A stretch of 64,000 nucleotides of DNA from Methanothrix sp. (GCA_037128175.1 JBAXWY010000002.1:64001-128000); one strand, 5' to 3'; counted from the first letter of the stretch, positions 10,217 to 17,746 are shown. Notes: a model not told the origin generated them from the letters alone. Made by a program: numbers and translations.

Positions 10217-10675
10217 TTATTGGAATTTGCAATTGCCTGATTCGATATCATTCAAATTTTTAACAATATTTGCTTTGTGGGCATTGGATAGCTTATGATA
10301 TTCACAGATCGTCAGCACCCGGTGAAGTTCATCGCGCTGCATTGAAGCAGTATGCTGGGCAACGTACAACATTGTTTCCAGATATTCTTTCTCTTTTATC
10401 ATATTTTCAATGATCTCTAAAAAAATCGCATCAAATTTTATCCCAGAAGTACCGATATCCTTGATCACTTTTACCAGTTTTTCGCTTGACTTTTGGCTGG
10501 CCATGTTGGCGGCCAAGGCTCTTTGAGCAAAATCCAGGGACGCTTCAGAAACCCCATTCAGTATTAGTTCGGACGCGAGTTTCTTCAGGGTCTTGCTCTG
10601 AAGAATAGTTTCAGATTCCAGAGCCAGAAAGGCTTCTGGGGTTATCTCTATTTTCGTGTATTTTGGGCCAGGCAT
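10217..10675 (-). CDS. Hypothetical protein with ribbon-helix-helix-like N-terminus
   Basis: KYTKIEITPEAFLALESETILQSKTLKKLASELI fits a beta-helix-helix pattern; GAGGTG RBS upstream. Confidence 0.6.
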   Translation of the reverse strand: MPGPKYTKIEITPEAFLALESETILQSKTLKKLASELILNGVSEASLDFAQRALAANMASQKSSEKLVKVIKDIGTSGIKFDAIFLEIIENMIKEKEYLETMLYVAQHTASMQRDELHRVLTICEYHKLSNAHKANIVKNLNDIESGNCKFQ

Positions 10676-10818
10676 TTTTCTCGCGGCACCTCATTTTTCA
10701 ATCCTTATGAGTTCCTCTATATCAATACTTATTCCAGAAAACTCGAAAATGATAAATACTAAGAAAAAAGATGAATTTGGAAAAAAGGAAAAATTACCAA
10801 ATCAGGAGGAACAAGAAA

Positions 10819-10914
10819 ATGAAGATTGGTCAACAGGAGTTGGGTGTGTATCCGTTGTGGGTAGGATTTTGGGTGGCTGCCATCGTCATATCGGTACTAT
10901 TGGGTCAGACTTAA
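10819..10914 (+). CDS. 31-aa single-TM microprotein
   Basis: AGGAGG RBS then MKIGQQELGVYPLWVGFWVAAIVISVLLGQT*; below ORF-track cutoff. Confidence 0.6.
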   Translation: MKIGQQELGVYPLWVGFWVAAIVISVLLGQT

Positions 10915-11142
10915 AGGAAGAGTAATTCAAAAAGAATTCATTATCGCAGGATTCATTCCTAGGGGGATTGACCTCGAACTCATCCCTTCATCCCTATTTT
11001 GCCTGGCCAACCGAGATATTACGAATCAAAAATGCATGCACCACTACTTTTCAAAGCATGAGAAAGCACAAAGTTTATGTGGGATGCTGGATGATAGGGC
11101 CCAAGTCTAGCGTATCCGATGCCCTAAATGGAGGTGAAAAAA

Positions 11143-11253
11143 ATGCCTAACATCATGGATCAATTAATCGCTTTGGTAATATTCGGTGCGAGCACAGTCA
11201 TACTGCCATACGTGTTCAACAAATGGTCTGATAGCAGAGCAGGCGTTAGATAA
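11143..11253 (+). CDS. 36-aa single-TM microprotein
   Basis: GGAGGTG RBS then MPNIMDQLIALVIFGASTVILPYVFNKWSDSRAGVR*. Confidence 0.65.
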   Translation: MPNIMDQLIALVIFGASTVILPYVFNKWSDSRAGVR

Positions 11254-11340
11254 ACTTGTTCTTTTCGATCCTGGCTCGTGCCAGGATCTGCATTACTATT
11301 TTCTCTATTTTATCGTGTCAATCCACGAATTGGAACTCCG

Positions 11341-11400
11341 AAGTCAAACGGCAGCGGTGCACACCGTCGCCAGCAGGACGGAACATGCGAGACACAGCTG
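11341..11400 (+). repeat. Degenerate palindromic mini-element (copy of 39559-39619)
   Basis: AAGTCAAACGGCAGCGGTGCACACC...GCCAGCA...CAT...GACACAGCTG aligns with 39559-39619. Confidence 0.65.
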
Positions 11401-11642
11401 ATTAAGAATATCCTCAAATTGGTCCTTCGCGAAGAAAAATCAATAGCTTTGCTCTAAGTATATCTGAATAGGATACCATTCCCTCAATCATTATCTAGAA
11501 GCTTTACATTTTGGCGAGGCGTCGAACTCTAAAACGAGTCAGGCCGATATCCTTTGATGCGCCCTAAGCGAACGTGATCATACCTGGAATTCCATCCAAG
11601 GATAGCATTGATAAGGCCCCTGGTCCAAAAACCATTTCCTGA

Positions 11643-11810
11643 ATGACAAAAGGAAGAATGATTCATTGTATCGGCTGTGGGGCTGAGTTCTCCACGGAGG
11701 AATTATTGATCGCCTGGCTTGAGGGCAAAATCCCTAACACAATCAGCTGTCTTGTTTGTGGCAAGCTTGAATCAAATCTCATGGAAAGACAAATCAAGGC
11801 AAGGGAATAA
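11643..11810 (+). CDS. 55-aa CxxC/CxxC zinc-finger microprotein
   Basis: MTKGRMIHCIGCGAEFSTEELLIAWLEGKIPNTISCLVCGKLESNLMERQIKARE*. Confidence 0.6.
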   Translation: MTKGRMIHCIGCGAEFSTEELLIAWLEGKIPNTISCLVCGKLESNLMERQIKARE

Positions 11811-11824
11811 GACAGGTACCCAAG

Positions 11825-11880
11825 CAAAAATTCTTATACTTCCAAGCTCACGTAAACTATGCCCAACGCCATGGGTTTAC
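11825..11880 (+). promoter_or_regulatory. TATA box plus GTAAAC-N17-GTTTAC operator, copy 1
   Basis: CTTATACTTCC; GTAAAC 11852-11857; GTTTAC 11875-11880. Confidence 0.75.
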
Positions 11881-11965
11881 ACCGAAATTGTGGTGGGGTT
11901 TATCCACTATCCGGCCTACAATAGAGGGCCAGCCAAAAAAAGGTACTGGCCCTCTATTTTCTTTT
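11865..11965 (+). ncRNA. Candidate structured sRNA, copy 1 of 3
   Basis: Homologous to 13840-13945 and 14529-14625; ends in 13-bp hairpin AATAGAGGGCCAG/CTGGCCCTCTATT plus T-run; no conserved ORF. Confidence 0.55.
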
Positions 11966-12009
11966 ATCAATTTCAATTATTAATCGGCACTGCGGTTACA
12001 GCTACAGCA

Positions 12010-12056
12010 AAAGCTTAATAGTATTGTAAACCTTATTCGCGAAAAAGAGTTTACAA
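12010..12056 (+). promoter_or_regulatory. TATA-like box plus TTGTAAAC-N17-GTTTACAA operator upstream of SSS transporter
   Basis: AAAAGCTTAATA; GTAAAC 12026-12031; GTTTAC 12049-12054. Confidence 0.75.
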
Positions 12057-12074
12057 TTTCGTGAGGCATGGTTT

Positions 12075-13430
12075 ATGAATCCGGCTGCCGTCGTAATAGT
12101 AATATATTTGATGGGGATGCTTGCCATCGGCGCTTGGGGGCACCGCCTGAAAGGACTGGAGGATTTCCACCTGGCGGGGCGGAGCATAAAACTGGTTCTT
12201 CTTACAGGCACTTTCTGTGCCACCATCATTGGTGCTTCGGCAACTCTTGGCATGACGGGCCTGGGCTTCAGCAAAGGCCTGCCGGGTGCATGGTGGATGC
12301 TCTCCGGTACGGCTGGACTGCTGGTGCTGGCGACTTTTTTTGCCGAGAAAGTAAGAGCTAGCGGATGCAGCACTCTGCCCGATTTGGTAGGATCATTTTA
12401 TGGGGAAAGCGTGAGGTTTGTCGCCTCCGCTCTCATTGTTATCTCCTGGGTGGGAGTCATTGCCGTGCAGATTGTGGCCTGCGGTAAAGTTCTTGGCGCC
12501 GTATTCGGAGGAAACGAGACCCTATTCATGGCAGCATGTACGGCCGTCTTCGTGCTCTACACAGCACACGGAGGACAGGGCTCGGTGATAAGGACAGACC
12601 TGGTACAGCTCATGATAATATTAGCAGGAATAATCGTCCTGTTTTTCAGAGCATTTGAGGCAGCCGGACCCGGATTGCTCTTTCGCCAGAGCTTTCCCAC
12701 TTCGGCAGAGATGGGCGGATGGGATGTACTTTCCATGCTACTGGTCGTCGGCTCGGCGTACCTGGTCGGGCCGGATATGTATTCTCGTTTGCTCTCTGCC
12801 CATACCCCGAGAGAAGCAAAGATATCAGCGGCGATCGCAGCCGTCATTCTCATTCCCCTGGCCCTCCTGATCACATCCCTGGGCATTTTTGCCCGGTCGC
12901 TTTACCCTGGCGCATCACCTGAGCAGGCCATTCCCGTGCTCCTGACAGGGCTTCTGTCGCCCGCCACGGAAGGCCTGGTGGCCGCAGCTCTCCTGGCGGC
13001 ATTCATGTCCTCAGCAGACACTAGCCTGATGACTGCTACTTCCATTCTAACTCTGGATATTTACAGAAAGGCAAGGCCGGCTTCTGGTGAAGAGAAGCTG
13101 ATGGCCATGTCAAGGCTTTTTGTGTTAATCATAGGGCTCTTGGCTTTGGCATTAGCGGTTTCCTTGCCCAGCATCATCAAGACTCTGCTTATCGCTTATA
13201 CCGTCTTTACCAGTGGTCTGCTCTTACCGGTTATTGCCGGATTTTACAGAGAGCGGCTGGGCCTTACGCCTTCCGGCGCGCTGGGAGCGCTGCTGGGAGG
13301 CGGAGTAACTGCGATCTTCCTGGGCCAGACGTATCCTCTGCTTGGCATGACGGTCTCCGCAGCATTCCTATTCGGGGTAAGCTGGTTAGAGAGACAGTAT
13401 ACGGAGCAGGAATGCAAAAGCGTGGTTTAG
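12075..13430 (+). CDS. Sodium:solute symporter (PanF/PutP/SMVT family), candidate vitamin transporter
   Basis: DFHLAGRS, YTAHGG..SVIRTDLVQ, LAAFMSSADT; many TM helices. Confidence 0.9.
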   Translation: MNPAAVVIVIYLMGMLAIGAWGHRLKGLEDFHLAGRSIKLVLLTGTFCATIIGASATLGMTGLGFSKGLPGAWWMLSGTAGLLVLATFFAEKVRASGCSTLPDLVGSFYGESVRFVASALIVISWVGVIAVQIVACGKVLGAVFGGNETLFMAACTAVFVLYTAHGGQGSVIRTDLVQLMIILAGIIVLFFRAFEAAGPGLLFRQSFPTSAEMGGWDVLSMLLVVGSAYLVGPDMYSRLLSAHTPREAKISAAIAAVILIPLALLITSLGIFARSLYPGASPEQAIPVLLTGLLSPATEGLVAAALLAAFMSSADTSLMTATSILTLDIYRKARPASGEEKLMAMSRLFVLIIGLLALALAVSLPSIIKTLLIAYTVFTSGLLLPVIAGFYRERLGLTPSGALGALLGGGVTAIFLGQTYPLLGMTVSAAFLFGVSWLERQYTEQECKSVV

Positions 13431-13450
13431 ACGACTTTGCATTCAACGAT

Positions 13451-13505
13451 AAAGCATTTATACTTCCATGTAAATGTAAACCCGAACCAATCACATGGGC
13501 TTACA
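13451..13505 (+). promoter_or_regulatory. TATA box plus GTAAAC-N17-GCTTAC operator upstream of 52-aa protein
   Basis: AAAGCATTTATACTTCC (same string as copy 3); GTAAAC 13476-13481; GCTTAC 13499-13504. Confidence 0.75.
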
Positions 13506-13535
13506 ATTGTGCGTAATAATGAGGAGGGAAAAGAA

Positions 13536-13694
13536 ATGCAAACAAGTGGCATGGTGAGTGCAGTATTGTTTATTGGAGGTATCGCCGCGATATTCACATC
13601 AGGCGGCAATACTATGATGATGGTTATTGGGGATGTATGTGTTGCAGCCGCTGGCATAGCCATGGTTGCTTTGGGAAGCAAAAAAGCTGCCTAG
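13536..13694 (+). CDS. 52-aa two-TM microprotein
   Basis: GAGGAGG RBS then MQTSGMVSAVLFIGGIAAIFTSGGNTMMMVIGDVCVAAAGIAMVALGSKKAA*. Confidence 0.7.
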   Translation: MQTSGMVSAVLFIGGIAAIFTSGGNTMMMVIGDVCVAAAGIAMVALGSKKAA

Positions 13695-13736
13695 GTCGCA
13701 GCCCAAATATATATTTTTTGGTTTCTTGAATGAATA

Positions 13737-13757
13737 ACCCCTGGCTTGCTGCAGGGT
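13737..13757 (-). repeat. GCAAGC-loop palindrome remnant
   Basis: Reverse strand ACCCTGCAGCAAGCCAGGGGT; resembles hairpins near 39580 and 35306. Confidence 0.4.
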
Positions 13758-13839
13758 GCATCTTTTTGCAGTCATCTTTACAGAGAACTGCCGGGCCTTA
13801 TGCTATTTTGCGCGCTGCAATGATCATAAAATGCAGGTG

Positions 13840-13945
13840 AAAAGAGGATAGAGGGGGCCGGTATTCCCTTACTGGCCCCTAATTTTGGGCGGATGATGGC
13901 CAAATCGGACCGCAACGCAGCGGTTCTGTAAACCCATGCCATTGG
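13840..13945 (-). ncRNA. Candidate structured sRNA, copy 2 of 3
   Basis: Reverse strand GGTTTAC-AGA-ACCGC/GCGGT hairpin, CATCATCC, GGGGCCAGTA/TACCGGCCCC hairpin, TATCCTCTTTT. Confidence 0.55.
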
Positions 13946-13984
13946 GCAGAGTTTACATCGGCTCGGGAGTATAAATGCTTTTTC
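13928..13984 (-). promoter_or_regulatory. TATA box plus GTAAAC-N17-GTTTAC operator, copy 2
   Basis: Plus strand GTAAAC 13928-13933, GTTTAC 13951-13956, TATAAATGCTTTTT from 13970. Confidence 0.75.
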
Positions 13985-13999
13985 GTACCTTCTATCAAA

Positions 14000-14506
14000 T
14001 CAAATGTCCCGCGCCTTGATCCAAACAACGATGTTGTGGGTGTTTTTGCTCAATTTATAACCTCTGCGTCGCAGTGCAGTTCTAACACAGTCGCGGTCTA
14101 CTCCATTTATTTTCGCGATCCTGCCAATTTCAGATCTATCAAAAAATTGTAGCTGTCTGGCTTCGCATTTGGCAATATAATCCTCCAAGGAGGCGATCCT
14201 TTTGTTATGATTCATGCGTTCGCCTTCCTTACTCTTCCAGATCATTCGGCCGTGACCGTTATTGGTCAATTGATAGCCGAGCCTTCTAAGCTCACAGCGA
14301 ATTCGCTCCGGAGATAAGCCAAAACGACCTGCTATGCATTGGACCTCTCGGCGATCATAGATGCAGGATCTAAAATGGCTGCTATTTGAAAGATAAATTT
14401 CGAGGTTGTGAATAGTCTTATCAGTCTGTTGGGTTACAGGTGGGTTTACTGAATCTAAACTGGTTTTCAGTATGCACTTTGTCACATTCGCCTTGGCTGG
14501 AAGCAT
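14000..14506 (-). CDS. Hypothetical protein with two tandem winged-helix-like repeats
   Basis: YDRREVQCIAGRFGLSPERIRCELRRLGYQLTNNGHGRMIW vs FDRSEIGRIAKINGVDRDCVRTALRRRGYKLSKNTHNIVVW; start uncertain (14620, 14506, internal 14215). Confidence 0.7.
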   Translation of the reverse strand: MLPAKANVTKCILKTSLDSVNPPVTQQTDKTIHNLEIYLSNSSHFRSCIYDRREVQCIAGRFGLSPERIRCELRRLGYQLTNNGHGRMIWKSKEGERMNHNKRIASLEDYIAKCEARQLQFFDRSEIGRIAKINGVDRDCVRTALRRRGYKLSKNTHNIVVWIKARDI

Positions 14507-14528
14507 CTTTGGATGATTGGCTGTGATT

Positions 14529-14625
14529 GAGGATAGAAGGCCAGTATTCTCTTGCCGACCCTCAATCGTATGGTGGATGATGACAGAACCCCCTCCACAA
14601 TGCGGCGTAAACCTCCACATTGAGG
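14529..14625 (-). ncRNA. Candidate structured sRNA or leader, copy 3 of 3
   Basis: Reverse strand GGTTTAC, CCGC/GTGG hairpin, CATCATCC, GAGGGTCGG/CTGGCCTTC hairpin (3 G-U pairs), TATCCTC. Confidence 0.55.
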
Positions 14626-14662
14626 TGTGGTTTACAGCGCTTGGAAGTATAAATGCTTTTTC
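14607..14662 (-). promoter_or_regulatory. TATA box plus GTAAAC-N17-GTTTAC operator, copy 3
   Basis: Plus strand GTAAAC 14607-14612, GTTTAC 14630-14635, TATAAATGCTTTTT from 14648. Confidence 0.75.
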
Positions 14663-14708
14663 GCGTGTCGTGCATTTAGCACGGAAAAGAAGACGGTAGA
14701 AAAGGCTA

Positions 14709-15524
14709 TTACTCGAAGTTTTCGGGAATGGATTTGTCCAGGAAGCTGGCTATGCCTCCCGGATAATAGACCTCCAATGCATCGAGTTCCGCCATCTTTC
14801 TTGGATCAAATGAGTGCGATTTCATATATTTCTTGAACCTTTCTTGGTTCTCTTTCGAATCAATACTTCCCTGGACCAGTGGGATCTTAAGCTCCATAAC
14901 CTGATCGGGCTTGAGACCAAGGCATTTTACTCTGATATCTGCATTGCTTCCCGGTGGCTTTAATTTTGCAATCTTCGTCGCCAAATCCTGGCAAAAGAAC
15001 GCACTGCCGGAACTCAGGTCGGAGAGACAGAGAATGACGGTCGGAGAGTCGCAGCGCCGGTACAGGGCTTCGATGGCCTCCTCCGAGGCACTGCCACTGA
15101 CCGAGACGAGGGTTACGTTGTGTTTCTCACAGACAGGACCTATTAATGGATTTAGCGCGGACTTATTCAGCCAAACTTCCATGGAATTGGATCTTCTGGG
15201 AGAACTCTCCGACAAAAACACGTGCTCTCCCGGAATCTCATCCAGAATGGCATCCGTTGGAATGAAACCCAGCTTTCTTGCTTTGCTCATCCACTTGGAA
15301 AGCTTCTCGCCATCGCTATCATGGTAAGGCCGTGTGATCCGAATCTCGCCTACGAACCATCCACAAATAGGATAATCTGTCTCCTTCCTTTGCATCGCAT
15401 AGTAAAACATGGCTCGAAGCGTGGTCCTCGATCTGCCGATGTCTCTTACAAAATTACGATATACCTCTGCCAACCACCGGGACTTGGTTCGATCCGTTTC
15501 AGTATCTACAAATGGTTCGGTCAT
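14709..15524 (-). CDS. Topo VI-A/Spo11-like (winged-helix + TOPRIM) protein with degenerate active site
   Basis: TTLRAMFYY, KARKLGFIP...ILD, EVWLNKSAL, ILCLSDLSSGS, LGLKPDQV..LKIP, ELDAL; start at MTEPF assumed. Confidence 0.75.
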   Translation of the reverse strand: MTEPFVDTETDRTKSRWLAEVYRNFVRDIGRSRTTLRAMFYYAMQRKETDYPICGWFVGEIRITRPYHDSDGEKLSKWMSKARKLGFIPTDAILDEIPGEHVFLSESSPRRSNSMEVWLNKSALNPLIGPVCEKHNVTLVSVSGSASEEAIEALYRRCDSPTVILCLSDLSSGSAFFCQDLATKIAKLKPPGSNADIRVKCLGLKPDQVMELKIPLVQGSIDSKENQERFKKYMKSHSFDPRKMAELDALEVYYPGGIASFLDKSIPENFE

Positions 15525-15695
15525 ATCTGTATTTCCTATTGATGCCAAAATATATAGATTAGAGCGTTTCCGCAAGTATACCATCCGAAAATAAAAAACG
15601 AAGATTCCTGAAGGTGCTGGATGGTGCAGAAGCTTTTTGGTTATGGAGCGGATACTTAATGAGGTGGCAAGTGCATGGACCATTGAGGTTAAGCA

Positions 15696-16055
15696 TTGAC
15701 AAAAAAATTCACAGATTTAGCATCCAGCGATCTGACCAAGCTTCCCAACATTTCGGAAAATCACTTTTGCATAGGCGTAGAGCGCATTTATCTGCATCTA
15801 TTTAACGAAAAGAATATGCACTGGTATATGGCGGAGTACGGGCCGATAAGCAAGAAATTCTTCGGATTTTTCGAGAACAGGTCCGACGGGATATCCTCTG
15901 GATTTTGTAGCCAGGAGGATCTGATGAAATGGTGCAAGAAGGGCGGACCATGGGAGCCAATGGTAGATGAGAACTGGAAGCCGACGGAGGCCAGAGAAGT
16001 CCTCTCTCTGCAGGGATATATCAAAATGATGATATGCTCACCGGATATGCTGTGA
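15696..16055 (+). CDS. DUF2958-like protein (mobile-element associated)
   Basis: KLP...HLF....WYMAEY....KFFGF......SGF.S.EDL.....D..WKP pattern. Confidence 0.55.
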   Translation: MTKKFTDLASSDLTKLPNISENHFCIGVERIYLHLFNEKNMHWYMAEYGPISKKFFGFFENRSDGISSGFCSQEDLMKWCKKGGPWEPMVDENWKPTEAREVLSLQGYIKMMICSPDML

Positions 16056-16082
16056 TTTGGCTTTTTGGCTCCAGGACTTCGC

Positions 16083-16343
16083 TTATCTCATCTTGCACTT
16101 TTTGTTGTAATGAGGGCATTTGGCATTGCTGCAGACGTTCTCCTTCGCGATCTCTGTAAGCACCATCTGCATCATGTCAAGGCGGTCTATCAACGAAGCG
16201 TCTGCAGATGCGGACTCCGCCTCCGAAAGAGCTTTTGCGACTTTTTCTAGCATATCAAGGGCTAGCATTTTTTCTTTGCGAGAAACGGCAAACTCAGCCT
16301 CAATCTTTGCTAAATCTTCCTCATTCACAGGCTCCATAGGCAC
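16083..16343 (-). CDS. Hypothetical helical protein with C-terminal Cys/His cluster
   Basis: CSNAKCPHYNKKC; directly downstream of marker 12 gene. Confidence 0.7.
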   Translation of the reverse strand: MPMEPVNEEDLAKIEAEFAVSRKEKMLALDMLEKVAKALSEAESASADASLIDRLDMMQMVLTEIAKENVCSNAKCPHYNKKCKMR

Positions 16344-16358
16344 TCCTTTTTCGACTCT

Positions 16359-17294
16359 TCAAAGGTCCACTTCCAGTCCCAGAATGCTCTTCGAGCCGTT
16401 AAATACGTCTTTGGCGATCCAGGCGCACCCTTGTGCAGCTGCAGAGCTTTCCAGGGGCTGCACCTCTCTGCCCAGTAGCTCGGATACGCGCCGACTCAGC
16501 TTTGCGGCGGGGCTGCCGGCCAGAAATAGATCCGGATTCTCCACGCCCCGGTCGCGACAGAGGACGAGAAGGGCATTGATCTCCATGGCCGCGAATAATG
16601 ATAGGGATTCGAGGGCCTGAGTTCCTTCCTCGGGCAGGCATTGCTCCAGATTTGCCCGCCCCATCTTGGAGAGAATGCCGCCGCCGTTAAAGGCCTGGTT
16701 TGCCGTCATCTTGCCGGAATCGACATCTCTTATGGCCTCGACATCCAGCGGGCCCTGTATCAGTCCGGGGGCAAAGATGGGCGCGTCAATAGCGGCGACG
16801 ATCTTTCCCTGCAGCACGGCAAATGTAACGGTGTTGGAGCTGGCATCGCATACAATGAAGCTATGGCTTTTGCCCCTAAAAACGCCGTAGGCCAGGCCCA
16901 CCTTCTCCGGGCTCATGCCGTGGGAGAAGACCTTCAAACGGGGATCGATATCGCTGGCACGATGAATGCCGGGCAGAAGGATGGCCGGCCAGCCCGAGGC
17001 TTGGATGGCTTCAAAGACCCTGGTGCCGCCGCCCACATGCAGACCGGCTCCATCCTGCCGGACCAGGCCGCGGTTAGGTGCATCCTCTAGCCTCACAATC
17101 CTAGTTATGCCGTCTCCCATGGAGTAGCTGAGGGCTACCAGATCGACGGTCTCGTGGCCTAAATGCTGAGCAATCCGCTCTACAATATCTTCCGGAGAAA
17201 GGCGGCTGGCCTCTTGCCTGGCAAGATTCCAGCAGCGCCCCTCCGGGGTGGCAAATCTTATGGCGGTGGTTCCGTGGTCTACTCCTATGAACAT
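16359..17294 (-). CDS. Methanogenesis marker protein 12 (UPF0285)
   Basis: MFIGVDHGTTAIRFA, YSMGDG, GGGTRVF, SSNTVT, GPLD. Confidence 0.9.
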   Translation of the reverse strand: MFIGVDHGTTAIRFATPEGRCWNLARQEASRLSPEDIVERIAQHLGHETVDLVALSYSMGDGITRIVRLEDAPNRGLVRQDGAGLHVGGGTRVFEAIQASGWPAILLPGIHRASDIDPRLKVFSHGMSPEKVGLAYGVFRGKSHSFIVCDASSNTVTFAVLQGKIVAAIDAPIFAPGLIQGPLDVEAIRDVDSGKMTANQAFNGGGILSKMGRANLEQCLPEEGTQALESLSLFAAMEINALLVLCRDRGVENPDLFLAGSPAAKLSRRVSELLGREVQPLESSAAAQGCAWIAKDVFNGSKSILGLEVDL

Positions 17295-17376
17295 TAGATC
17301 AGCCCAATGCCAGGATTCCTGGCAGAAGGGTATTTTTGCTAGGCCTTGATAAGCGTATCCGGCCCGCGGAGATCAT

Positions 17377-17709
17377 TTATCCGGAAAGAAGCAGAATTGC
17401 CTTATTCAACAGCACAGTGGTATGTATTACCGCATACGATTCCAGAAGCATGACCGCCCCTGTGTACTCTTCGGTCTCGATGCGATCTACCTCTGCAAAC
17501 TGGGGCTTGCTTGACCTTATCTGTCCTTCAAAGAAAGAAAGGCTCTCTTCATCTCCCTCTGCCAGGACTATGACCACAGAATTCTCTCTTTCTGTACGGT
17601 TGCCGGCATAAAATCCACGAAGGCAGGCATTTACGGCAACATCAGTAAGCCACGGCCGATAGCCCACTCCATGCACTTTACCGCCCGTAATTTTGATCTT
17701 TATCTTCAT
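17377..17709 (-). CDS. Acylphosphatase
   Basis: ITGGKVHGVGYR...LRGF..N. Confidence 0.85.
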   Translation of the reverse strand: MKIKIKITGGKVHGVGYRPWLTDVAVNACLRGFYAGNRTERENSVVIVLAEGDEESLSFFEGQIRSSKPQFAEVDRIETEEYTGAVMLLESYAVIHTTVLLNKAILLLSG

Positions 17710-17746
17710 GCTTGAGCCTCAAATCCATCTTCCGCTCTTGCTCGAT

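Noticed and set aside
11420-11500. Minus-strand fragment MIEGMVSYSDILRA resembling a CBS motif
   Set aside because: Too short and bounded by stops to support a pseudogene call.
14570-14590. ATGATGA as a C/D-box sRNA C box on the opposite strand
   Set aside because: It is not conserved in the other two copies, there is no matching CTGA D box, and the promoters point the other way.
11871-14620. Short ORFs starting in the operator (MGLHRNC..., MGLQNRC..., MGLQLC...) as a leader-peptide family
   Set aside because: The shared MGL comes from the GGTTTAC half-site; downstream residues and lengths differ, and copy 3 lacks this ATG.
11825-14662. Repeated units as a CRISPR array or ORB-type origin
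   Set aside because: Spacing is irregular, orientations are mixed, there are no cas genes and no ORB consensus.
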